Positions 17,743 to 27,734 of a stretch of 64,000 nucleotides of DNA are shown piece after piece. The notes under the pieces were generated by a model. The model was not told the origin of the DNA. It did not search any database and saw only the letters and a list, made by a program, of their open reading frames with translations. Source of the stretch: Ilumatobacteraceae bacterium (GTDB taxonomy: Bacteria; Actinomycetota; Acidimicrobiia; Acidimicrobiales; Ilumatobacteraceae); assembly GCA_963732335.1 (NCBI GenBank), contig CAVSZO010000067.1, forward strand, positions 1,288 to 65,287. The letters run 5' to 3'. The position numbers and the translations under genes are program-made. Every line of letters begins with the position of its first letter. Position 1 is the stretch's first letter.

Positions 17743-19236
17743 GTGCACAGCGCGATGCTGCTGGAGATGGTCGCCGAGGCGGCGGGCGACCGCGTCGCCG
17801 TTGGCCCACGCGACGGAGGGCTGACCTACGGCACGCTGTTGGAGGAGTCGAGGCGGACGGCGACGTGGCTGCGCAACGAGGGTGTCGCCAACGTCGCCAT
17901 GGTCGGACCCAACTCCGAGGTCATCCCGCTGCTGATGTTCGGCTCGGCGCTCGCCGGGATGCCGTTCGCCCCGGTGAACTACCGCCTCGGAGACGAGCAG
18001 CTGGGGGCGATCCTGCAACGCCTGGCACCGGCGGTGGCGGTGGTCGACGACGACGTGGTGGGCCGGCTCGGCGAGCTCGACGGCGTCGATGTCTTGACCA
18101 CCGCCGAGTTCGCCGAAGCGCGAGCAGCGATCGACACGATCGACGAAGCACCGGCCGGCCCCGACGACGTGGCCATCCTCCTGTTCACCAGCGGGACGAC
18201 CGGCGAGCCGAAGGCAGCCGTGCTCCGCCATCGCCACCTCACCTCGTACATCCTGTCGACGGTCGAGTTCCTCGGCGCCGACGACGATGAGGCGCAACTG
18301 GTCAGCGTGCCCGCCTACCACGTCGCCGGCACGTCGGCGGTGCTCAGCTCGGTGTTCGCCGGGCGACGCATCTACTACCTGCCCGCCTTCGACACGGCCG
18401 CCTGGGTGCAGGCCGCCCACGAGCAGGAGATCACCCAGGCGATGGTCGTGCCGACGATGCTCGGACGCATCCTCGACGAGATCGAGCGCACCGGGCTGTC
18501 ACTCCCCGCGCTGCGCCACGTCTCCTACGGCGGCGGGCGGATGCCGGTCCCGGTGATCGAACGGGCGATGCAGCTGCTCCCCGCCGTCGAGTGGGTCAAC
18601 GCCTACGGACTGACCGAGACCAGCTCGACGATCGCCGTGCTCGGACCCGAGGACCACCGCACTGCCTTCGCCAGCGACGACCCCACGGTCCGCGCCCGGC
18701 TCGGCTCCGTCGGGCGACCGCTGCCGTCGATCGAGCTGGAGATCCGAGATCCCGACGGCAACGCCCTCCCACCCGGCGAACGGGGTGAGATCCACGTCCG
18801 CGGCGAACAGATCGCCGGCGAGTACCTCGGACGCTCCGTGCTGACCGAGGACGGCTGGTTCCCGACCAACGACGCCGGCCACCTCGACGGCGACGGGTAC
18901 CTGTTCCTCGACGGCCGGCTCGACGACGTCATCGTCCGCGGCGCCGAGAACCTCTCCCCCGGCGAGATCGAAGCCGTCCTCGTTTCCCACCCCGCCGTCG
19001 CCGAGGCCGCCGTGTTCGGTCTCCCCGACACCGAATGGGGTGAGAAGGTCGTCGCCGCCGTCGTCCTCATGCCCGGCGGCGACGCCGACGAGTCCGCGCT
19101 CCAACAGTGGGTGCGCGAACGACTGCGGTCGACCAAGACCCCCGAACGCATCCACTTCCGCCCCGAGCTTCCCCACAACGAAACCGGCAAGCTGCTGCGG
19201 CGGGTGCTCAAGGCCGAGCTCCTCGACGCCACCTGA
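17743..19236 (+). CDS. Class I adenylate-forming enzyme (acyl-CoA ligase)
   Basis: FTSGTTGEPK, YGLTE, GRLDDVI, LPHNETGK. Confidence 0.93.
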   Translation: MHSAMLLEMVAEAAGDRVAVGPRDGGLTYGTLLEESRRTATWLRNEGVANVAMVGPNSEVIPLLMFGSALAGMPFAPVNYRLGDEQLGAILQRLAPAVAVVDDDVVGRLGELDGVDVLTTAEFAEARAAIDTIDEAPAGPDDVAILLFTSGTTGEPKAAVLRHRHLTSYILSTVEFLGADDDEAQLVSVPAYHVAGTSAVLSSVFAGRRIYYLPAFDTAAWVQAAHEQEITQAMVVPTMLGRILDEIERTGLSLPALRHVSYGGGRMPVPVIERAMQLLPAVEWVNAYGLTETSSTIAVLGPEDHRTAFASDDPTVRARLGSVGRPLPSIELEIRDPDGNALPPGERGEIHVRGEQIAGEYLGRSVLTEDGWFPTNDAGHLDGDGYLFLDGRLDDVIVRGAENLSPGEIEAVLVSHPAVAEAAVFGLPDTEWGEKVVAAVVLMPGGDADESALQQWVRERLRSTKTPERIHFRPELPHNETGKLLRRVLKAELLDAT

Positions 19237-19249
19237 CGACCTCCGTCGC

Positions 19250-20652
19250 CTACGGCGCGTCGCGCCACCCGCTCCGACCGACCGTCGCACGTACCGCGTC
19301 GGCGACTGGGCGCACGCAGCGCGTCGGCGAGCGGCCGGTCGAGCACGCACAGCCGCGCCGGCTGCACCGGGCGCGACGCTCCGGTGGGCTCCGGCCGGCG
19401 CGTCGGGGCACGTCAGGTACATCGCCAGGCGCGATGTCCGCCGGGACGCGCTCGTCGCGACCGAACGGGCGGCCGGAGCGTGTCCGCCGATCGACGGCCG
19501 CGACGATCGACCGCCACGGGTCGGGGTCGCCGTACGGCGCGTCGCTGCCGGCGCTGACGCCGACACCTGCTGCGACGAGCGTGCCGCAGCGCCACAGGTC
19601 GGCGTGCTCGTCGTCCGCCACCTCGCGGAGGTAGCGGTCACCTCGGTCGAGCACGAAGCCGGGTTGCGTCACGACGATCACACCCAGGTCGTGCAAGCCG
19701 GGGGATGAGCTCGACCGGCACGACCGCGCCGTGCTCGATCCGGTCTCCCTCGCGTGGACCCGCCTCCTCGAGGGCGACGAGCGCGATGACGAGGCCGGCG
19801 CGGCTGGCGCAGTGCACGGCGACCGGCCGGCCACGCCGATGCGCCGACGCGATGTCCGCCGCCAGCGCTCGGGCGAGGGGAGTGCGTGGTCGGCGGCGAG
19901 CAGCTTGATCGGGCCGCGGCGCAGGTCGGGAGCCGCGCCGGCGGGGAGGTCGAGCCCACCGGTGATCGTCACGTCGAGGGGGAAGTCGTCGGCGAGGACG
20001 CTCCGGCCAGCAGCTCAACGGTCGAGCGGTCGGTGATCGGCGTCAGATCGGTGACGCCGGTGATCCCGAGCGCGGCAAGCTCAGCGCCGACGGCACCGAC
20101 ATCGACGGGAAGCCGCGGCACGCGGTCGCCGAGGGCGTCGTCGAGCCCGTACAGGCGCCCGGTCAGACGGCCGGTGCTGTCGCGTTCGGCACCGTCGACG
20201 TCGAGCTCGTCGATGTGGGCTGCCCGCAACGCCGGGCTGTTGAGGACCCACAGCGCACCGGTGGCGTGCTGGACACGGACCGGCGTGGTCGGCACCGAGC
20301 GCGTCGAGACGGTCGCGGTCGAGCGCGCCCATCGTCGACTCGTGGAAGTCGACGACGCGAAGCCAGTCGCCCGGGTGCATCGTCGCCGCCGCATCGCGGA
20401 TCAGGGCGTCGAACGCCGAGGGGTCGCCGGCGAGCGTCGACCGAGGTCGACGCGCGCGCGGCCGCGAGGGCGAGCAGGTGGATGTGGTGGTCGTGGAGGC
20501 CGGGGATCACGGCTCCGCCTTCGGCGTCGTGCTCGAGATCGGCGCCGCCGACGCGATCACCCACGGACTCGATCCGGTCGCCGACGACGTGCACATCGGC
20601 GATGCGGCCCGTCGACCTCGGCGTTGCGCACGACGAGCGAGCCGGCGGTCAT
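19250..20652 (-). pseudogene. Amidohydrolase_3 (YtcJ-like), paralog of 13051..14458, broken by several frameshifts
   Basis: IPGLHDHHIH, QHATG..LNS, AVHC..RIEH, VTQPGF..GSDAPYGDPDPW spread over at least 5 frames; 3' end approximate. Confidence 0.7.
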
Positions 20653-21868
20653 CCGAGGCCCAGTTCGGCGACGATCGCGTCGGTGTCGGCACCGAGCGCA
20701 GGGGCGATCCCGGCCGGCTTCCGCGCCCGAGGCGGCGCAACCGGACCAGTCCACTCCGCCCCGGGTGGTGGCAGTCGCGCGCACTCGGCGGCGACACCGG
20801 CCATCGCCACGTCGAGCACGCATCCGCTGCCCTGGCGGAGGCACTCGAGCACGGCGAGCGCGCCCAGCATCCCCGTCAACGGGTCGGCGATCGCGTCGCC
20901 ACAGAAGAGCGGCCGGTCGGTCGGCCCGGCGACGAGCCCGCCGGCGACCGCCGCGTCGTCACCGAACGCCACCCGCATCCCAGCGCGCCCCGACGCCCGT
21001 ACCCCGTGATCGACAGCCACACGGTGCCGCCGGCGGCCGCAGCCGCCGCATCGATGCCGAGCTGCCGGAGCGCTCGCGGGCGGGAGGCCTCGATGACGAC
21101 GTCGGCCGTGGCGACCAGGCGCCGCAGCATCGCTCGTTCGCGTTCGTCGTCGAGGTCGAAGGCGGCGGCTTCCTGGCCGGCGTGGAGCAGGTCGTAGAAC
21201 GCGGCGGGGCCGCTGCGCGCACCGTCGGGGCGCTGCGTGCTCTCCACCTTGACGACCCTGGCGCCGGCCGCCGTGAGCAGGTGCCCGGCGAGCGGTCCGG
21301 CCCACAGCGATGACAGGTCGGCGACGAGCACATCGCCGAGGAGGCGCGGAGCCCCGCCGCTCCCGCGGGCGTCGACGCCGATGACGGGACCGTCCGCGAC
21401 GCTCCGCTCGCCGAGCGCGGCGACGGCGAGGCCAAGCTCCGAGGCCGCCGCCACGAGCGCTGCCGCCGGCCGCCCGGCGACGAGCGTGTCGACGTCGTCA
21501 CCGCCGAGCCACGCGGGGAGCAGCTCCAGGTCGTCCGGCCGGGGCAAGGACACGGCGAGCCAGCCGTCGAGGGCCCGCACCAGGCGGGTGGCGCCGCCGC
21601 AGCTGCGGTCGCCGCGGCGGGTCAGGCCGGCCGTCGCTGCCCGCTCCCCGAGCAACGCCAGCGTGTCGAGCTCGACACGGGCGCCGAGCGTCGCCGTCGC
21701 CGCCGCCAGTTCCTCCCCCATCGCCATCACCGCCGGGACGAGCGATGCCGGCGCCGGCAACGGGTCGTTGTCGGCTTCACCGGTGAGCGACATGGCGCCG
21801 GATGCAGCCCACCGAGCGACGTCGTCGTCGTCCGGCCGACGGCCGAAGATGCGCCGGTGGAGCTCCAT
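20649..21868 (-). CDS. Family-III CoA transferase with rearranged domain order, paralog of 11852..13054 (frameshift near 20990)
   Basis: WAASGAMSLTG..LLGERA..DLSSLWAGP..FGDDAAVAGGL..APALGADT. Confidence 0.85.
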
Positions 21869-21917
21869 CGAGCGTCATGCTGGCAGGCGGTCCCAAGGAC
21901 GGCGGTACGGTTCGCCG

Positions 21918-22916
21918 ATGGCGACGACGCCGCCTCGCCTCGACGGCAGCTCGCTCGACACAGCCAGTTGGTTGACGGCAGCCGACGAGCTCGGGGCGGC
22001 CGTCGGCGAGCCGGTCGTGCTGGTCGAGCTCGACGCGGACGAGCCGCCCGCGTGGTCACCAGGATCCCACCCCGTCGTCGTCGTCGGCGTGCGGGCGCCC
22101 GGATGGACGGGACCCGCCGAACCCGACGAGGCGTGCGACGTCGTCGTCGCTGCGGACGACCCGTGGCTCGACCTCGTGCTGGCGAACGTCCGCAGGCACC
22201 CGCTCACGTCGACCGCACTCGCCGTCCACCTGCGGCGGACACCGGTCACCACCGTGGACGAGGGGCTCGCCGCAGAGTCGGCGGTGTACTCGCTCCTGCA
22301 GGCCGGGCCCGAGTTCGCCGCGTGGCTGCGGTCCAGAGTGACGCCGTCATTCACGCCAGACGTCGAGCCGCCCGTCCTCGTCGAACGTGACGGCGACGGG
22401 CTGACGATCACGCTCAATCGGCCCGGGCGGCACAACGCCGTGAACGAGCGCCTGCGAGCTGCGCTCGCCGACGCCCTCACCGTCGCCCTCCTCGACGCCG
22501 AGCTCACCGTCGACCTGCGCGGTGCGGGACCATCGTTCTCGAGCGGTGGCGACCTCGCCGAGTTCGGCCTGTTCAGCGATCCCGCGACGGCCCACGTCAG
22601 TCGGCTGACGCGCAGCCCAGGTCGACTGATCAGCCAGCTCGGCGATCGCATCACGGCCCACCTACATGGCGCGTGCATGGGTGCGGGCATCGAGATGGCC
22701 GCGTTCGCCGGACGGGTCGTCGCCGCCAAGTCGGCCGCCATCTCGCTCCCGGAGATCGGCATCGGGTTGATCCCGGGCGCCGGTGGCACCGTGAGCCTGC
22801 CGAGGCGGATCGGCCGACACCGCACGGCCCTGCTCGCCCTCAGCGGCGAACGGATCTCGGCGACCACGGCGCTCGACTGGGGCCTCGTCGACGGGATCAT
22901 CAACGATCAGACCTGA
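21918..22916 (+). CDS. Crotonase-like protein with rearranged helical domain, paralog of 14470..15465
   Basis: ESAVYSLLQAGPEF..TLNRPGRHNA..SSGGDL..LPE..PGAGG..WGLVD; TACGGT -10 box 6 nt before the ATG. Confidence 0.87.
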   Translation: MATTPPRLDGSSLDTASWLTAADELGAAVGEPVVLVELDADEPPAWSPGSHPVVVVGVRAPGWTGPAEPDEACDVVVAADDPWLDLVLANVRRHPLTSTALAVHLRRTPVTTVDEGLAAESAVYSLLQAGPEFAAWLRSRVTPSFTPDVEPPVLVERDGDGLTITLNRPGRHNAVNERLRAALADALTVALLDAELTVDLRGAGPSFSSGGDLAEFGLFSDPATAHVSRLTRSPGRLISQLGDRITAHLHGACMGAGIEMAAFAGRVVAAKSAAISLPEIGIGLIPGAGGTVSLPRRIGRHRTALLALSGERISATTALDWGLVDGIINDQT

Positions 22917-22928
22917 CAGAGTGCGGTC

Positions 22929-23846
22929 ATGGTGACCCGCGTGCCGTACGACGAGTTCGCGATGTTCCACGAGAACGCGGAGGAGTACGGACTGCCGTTC
23001 GACGGTCCGCCGGCGGTCCGACGCGAGTTCACGGAGCTCGGCGACGGCCGCCAGCTCAGCTCGCTGGTCTGGGGCGCCGATGACCCCGAGCTCGTCTTCC
23101 TCCACGGCGGCGCCCAGAACGCCCACACGTGGGACACCGTCGCCCTCGCCCTCGATCGGCCCCTCGTGGCCGTCGACCTGCCCGGTCATGGTCACTCCGA
23201 CGCCGGTCGCCACGGCTCCCTCGACCCCGGCGAGAACGCCGAGGATGTGGCCACCGTCATCCGTGCCCTGGCGCCGAATGCCGTCGCCGTGATCGGCATG
23301 TCCCTCGGTGGCATCACCACCCTCGCCCTCGCCGACGGCACCCCCGAACTCGTCCGGTCGATCGTCCTCGTCGACATCACACCGGGCGTGAACGCCGAGA
23401 AGTCGAAGGCGATCACGGCATTCGTCCAGGGCCCGGATTCGTTCGCCAGCTTCGACGACATCCTCGCCCGCACGATCGAGCACAACCCGACGCGCACCGT
23501 GTCATCGCTTCGCCGCGGGATCCTGCACAACGCCGTCCAACGCGACGACGGCAGCTGGGTGTGGCGCTACGCCCGCCACCGCGGTCTGGAGCGCCCGCCT
23601 GGAGGGGGCCCGCCGGACTACTCGGGACTCTGGGACGTCGTGTCGAGGGTGCGAGTGCCGCTGCTGCTCGTTCGCGGGATGCGGCCGCAGTCGGTGGTCG
23701 ACGACGCCGACGAGGCGGAGCTGCTCCGCCGCTGCCAGACGGCCACGGTCGAGCGCATCGACGACGCCGGCCACAGCGTGCAGGGCGACACGCCCGTCGA
23801 GCTCGCGCAGCTGATCCAGGACTTCACCGCCCGTCAAGAACCCTGA
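22929..23846 (+). CDS. Alpha/beta fold hydrolase
   Basis: FLHGGAQNAHTW, DLPGHG, GMSLGG, AGHSVQ. Confidence 0.9.
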   Translation: MVTRVPYDEFAMFHENAEEYGLPFDGPPAVRREFTELGDGRQLSSLVWGADDPELVFLHGGAQNAHTWDTVALALDRPLVAVDLPGHGHSDAGRHGSLDPGENAEDVATVIRALAPNAVAVIGMSLGGITTLALADGTPELVRSIVLVDITPGVNAEKSKAITAFVQGPDSFASFDDILARTIEHNPTRTVSSLRRGILHNAVQRDDGSWVWRYARHRGLERPPGGGPPDYSGLWDVVSRVRVPLLLVRGMRPQSVVDDADEAELLRRCQTATVERIDDAGHSVQGDTPVELAQLIQDFTARQEP

Positions 23847-23895
23847 GTGCCGTACTGGCGTCAACCGTTCGTATCAGTTAACTTATATTACTGAA

Positions 23896-24882
23896 ATGAA
23901 CGTGGGGCTGTACTTCGACCTGCGCAACCCGCCGGCGTGGGCGACCGACTTCGGTCGCCTCTACGGCTTCACGCTCGAGATGTGCGAGGAGGCCGAGCGC
24001 CTCGGGTGCCATTCGATCTGGCTGTCGGAGCACCACCGCTTCGACGACGGCTACCTGTCCCAGCCGCTGACGATGGCTGCCGCCGTGGCGGCCCGCACTC
24101 GCGTCCCGCGCATCGGCACGGCAATCGTCGTCGCGCCACTCCACCACCCGGTGGAGCTCGCCGAGCAGGCGGCGGTCGTCGACATCATCAGCCACGGCCG
24201 GCTCGAGCTCGGGCTGGGCGCCGGGTACCGAGTCCCCGAGTTCGAGCTCTACGGCGCCGACCTCGCCAGCCGCTACACCGACACCGACGATCGGGCGCGT
24301 GAGGTGCGCCGGCTCTGGGACGACGGCATCATCTCACCAGGACCGCTCCAGGACCGCCTGCCGATCTGGATGGGCTACCAGGGTCCCAAGGGCGCCCACC
24401 GAGCGGGGCAGCTCGGCGAGGGGCTGCTGAGCATCGACCCGGCGCTCGTCGAGCCCTACCGCACCGGTCTGTCCGACGCCGGTCACGACCCCGACATGGC
24501 GCGGATGGCGGGCGGCATCCAGGGGTGGGTGAGCGAGGACCCCGAGGCCGACTGGCCGATCGTTGCCCGCCACCTCGCCCACCAGGTCGACTCCTATCGC
24601 CGCCACATGGTCGAGGGCACCGACCATCCGACACCCCGGCCGATCGACCCGGATCGTCTCCGCCAGCGGGAGATCGGCGGCCCGCTCAGCCACTTCGTCT
24701 ACGGCACGCCGGAGGACGTGGCGACCCGCATCCGGGCACACGTCGGCAACGCACCGGTGGAGACCGTGTTCTTCTGGGCGTCGCTGTCTGGGATGCCCGA
24801 GGAGATGGTCGCCCGCAACGTCCACACGGTCTGCACCCGCCTCGCCCCGCTCCTCGCCGATAGCGATGACCGCGCTCGCTGA
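23896..24882 (+). CDS. LLM-class flavin-dependent oxidoreductase
   Basis: WLSEHH..DDGYL..GRLELGLGAGYR; TATATT -10 box 6 nt before the ATG. Confidence 0.88.
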   Translation: MNVGLYFDLRNPPAWATDFGRLYGFTLEMCEEAERLGCHSIWLSEHHRFDDGYLSQPLTMAAAVAARTRVPRIGTAIVVAPLHHPVELAEQAAVVDIISHGRLELGLGAGYRVPEFELYGADLASRYTDTDDRAREVRRLWDDGIISPGPLQDRLPIWMGYQGPKGAHRAGQLGEGLLSIDPALVEPYRTGLSDAGHDPDMARMAGGIQGWVSEDPEADWPIVARHLAHQVDSYRRHMVEGTDHPTPRPIDPDRLRQREIGGPLSHFVYGTPEDVATRIRAHVGNAPVETVFFWASLSGMPEEMVARNVHTVCTRLAPLLADSDDRAR

Positions 24883-25964
24883 CGTCGACCCCGCCGCGCC
24901 TCGACGTGTTCCTCCGGCGCGCCCGGCTGGAGGTCGAACACGGCCCATTGCCGTCGGCACAGGTCGCCGTGGCGGCCGGCGGACGCCTCGTCGCCTTCGA
25001 GACCTACGGCGACGCAACCAACGAGTCGCGCTACATCCTGCAATCGGTCGGCAGGACCGTTGTCGCCGGCGTGGTCTGGAAGCTGCTCGGCGACGGTCTG
25101 CTCGGACTGGACGAGCGGGTCGCTGACGTCATCCCCGAGTTCGCCACCAACGGCAAGCAGGTCGTCACGGTCCACCAGGTGCTCACGCACACCGCCGGCT
25201 TCCCGTTCGCGCCGCTCGGCTACCCCAAGATGCTCGACCGCACCGAACGCCTGGAGGCGATGGCGCGGTGGCGGCTGACCTACGAACCCGGCACGCGACT
25301 CGAGTTCCACCTCACGTCGGCGGCGTGGGTCATCGCCGAGCTCGTCGAGCGGCGAACGGGCCGCCCGTTCGCCGAGTACCTGCGCACCGAGATCGTCGAG
25401 CCGCTCGGTCTCGGGTTCGTGCTGCCCGTCCCGGTCGACCGCCACGACGAGCTGGTGACGGCCCCGTCGCCATCGATCGCACGAGCGACGACCAGCAGGT
25501 CGACCCATGGGGTCCGTGGTACCTGGCTGATCCGGCGGTGCTCGCCGGGGGCGAGCCGAGCCACTCGATCGTCGGGTCGGCCGCCGACGTCGCCCTGTTC
25601 TTCCAGGCGCTGTTCCACTCCGGGCTGTGGCGCGCCGAGGCGGTCACCGAAGGGACGCGGATCCACGTGTCGATGCCGCCGGCCGGCGACCAGCTCTACG
25701 GCGGCAGCGACCGGAACACGAACATGGGCCTGTTCGTCACGATCAGCGGCGACGAGCACGGCAACTGGATGCCGTCGACGGGATCGCCGCGGACGTTCGG
25801 CAACGGCGGCGCGCCGTGCCAGCTCGGCTACATGGACCCCGAGACCGGTGTCTCGTTCGCCTTCCTCACCAACGGCTACCCGATGGCCGGCTACGACTAC
25901 AGCCGCCTCGGCACCAACCGCACCATCAACCTCGCCAACCTCGGCAATGACCTCAGTCGGGTGA
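24866..25964 (+). CDS. Beta-lactamase-family serine hydrolase with a non-canonical SxxR motif (frameshifts near 24900, 25460, 25955)
   Basis: IPEFATNGK..VTV..LTHTAGFP..EPGTR..IVEPLG..DPETGVSFAFLTNG. Confidence 0.8.
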
Positions 25965-25967
25965 GGG

Positions 25968-26830
25968 TCACACGAACGGCTCGTCGGACCACCAGGGGTA
26001 GAAGTCCGGGAGGTCGGCGAGGGTGAGCGGGAAGCGGGGTGGGCGCTTCTCCTTGAACGACGCCACGCCCTCGGCGGCGTCGCCCATCGTCCCCAGCGCC
26101 AGCAGCGCCTTGGACTCCAGCCGGTTGGCGGCGAGTGGGTCGGGCTCGCCGAGCTGGCGCCACAACATCTGGCGCGTCAGGGCGACGGACACGGCCGACG
26201 TCCGCTCGGCGATCTCGGTCGCCACCTCGAGCGCTCGAGGCAGGACCTGCGCGGGCGGGAGCAGCTCGCGGACGAGCCCGGCGGCGAGCGCCTCGTCGGC
26301 ACCGAACGTCCGCCCGGTGATCGCCCAGTCGACCGCCGTGGCGATGCCGACGATGCGCGGCAGGAACCAGGTCGCACACGACTCCGGCACGATCCCCCGG
26401 CGGGTGAACGGCAGGGCGAAGCGGCTGCCCTCGGCACCGATGCGCACGTCCATCGGCAGGACCATCGTCACGCCGATCCCGGCGGCGGTCCCGTTGATCG
26501 CCGCGATCACCGGCTTGCGGGAAGCCGAAGACCCGCAGCGCCAGCTCGCCACCGACGTCGCGGGTCCCGCCCCGGAGCGGCTTGAAACCCGGTGGAGTCG
26601 GCGTCGTAGCCACCGGCGCCGGTGGAGAGATCCGTCCCCGCCGAGAAGAACTCTCCCGCCCCGGTCACGACCACCGCCCGGACCTCGTCGTCGGCGTCCG
26701 CCCGGGCGAACACGGCGAGCAGCGCGTCGAGCACCTCGTAGGTGATGGTGTTCCTGGCCGCCGGCCGGTTGATCGTGACGACGGCGACGCGCCCCTCCCG
26801 CTGGTACAGGACGACGCCGTCGTCGACCAT
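25968..26830 (-). CDS. Enoyl-CoA hydratase/crotonase (frameshifts at 26520-26600)
   Basis: TINRPAARN, FSAGTDL, KPVIAAING, RRGIVPE, SFKEKRPP. Confidence 0.87.
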
Positions 26831-27724
26831 CAGCTGACGTCGGCCATCGTCGTGCGCGGCTGGGCGTCGGCCAGCAGCTTGCGCACGATGGCGTCGACCT
26901 CGCTCGCCTCGGCCGGTGGCTGATCCGTCGAGGGCCCGCGGCGCCAGCCCTCGGCGATCGCCATGACGAGGCCGGAGGACTCGATCACCTGGCCCGTCAC
27001 GTCGGCCGACAGCGGCGATGCCAGCCACGTGACGACCGGCGCCACCCACCGTGGCTCGAAGCGGCTGGTCACCTCCTCGGGCAGCCCGAGGTCGTCGGTC
27101 AGCCGGGTCAGCGCGCCCGGCGCGATCGCGTTCACCGTGACGCCGTAGCGGTCCAGCTCCTGGGCGGCGATCTGCGTGAAGGCAGCGATTCCTGCCTTCG
27201 CCGCCCCGTAGTTCGTCTGTCCCGCATTGGCGTAGAGCCCGGCGACCGACGTCGTGTTGATGACCCGCGCGTCGTTGCGCTCACCGGACTTGGCACGGTT
27301 GCGCCAGTGCTCGGCGGCGAAGTGGACCGGCGCGAACGTCCCCTTCAGGTGGACCTTGATGACCGCGTCCCACTCCTCCTCGGCCATCGAGAAGACCATC
27401 CGGTCGCGGAGGATGCCGGCGTTGTTGACGAGCACGTCGAGGCCGCCGAACGTCTCGATCGCCTGGTTGATCAAGCTGCGTGCGCCGTCCCACGAGCTGA
27501 CGTCGTCGGTGTTGGCCGCAGCCTTCCCGCCTGCGTCGACGATGTCGTCGACCACCTGCTGCGCCGGACCGACGTCGCCACCCGTGCCGTCCCTCGCACC
27601 CGCCGAGGTCGTTGACCACGACCTTGGCGCCGTGCTCGGCGAGCATCAACGCGTACTCGCGGCCGATCCCCCGGCCCGCCCCGGTCACGATCGCCACCCG
27701 GCCGTCGCACATCTTGTCAGTCAT
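26830..27724 (-). CDS. SDR, 3-hydroxyacyl-CoA/hydroxysteroid dehydrogenase-like (frameshift near 27600)
   Basis: [33 protein letters not shown]. Confidence 0.88.
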
Positions 27725-27734
27725 TCATCTAACT

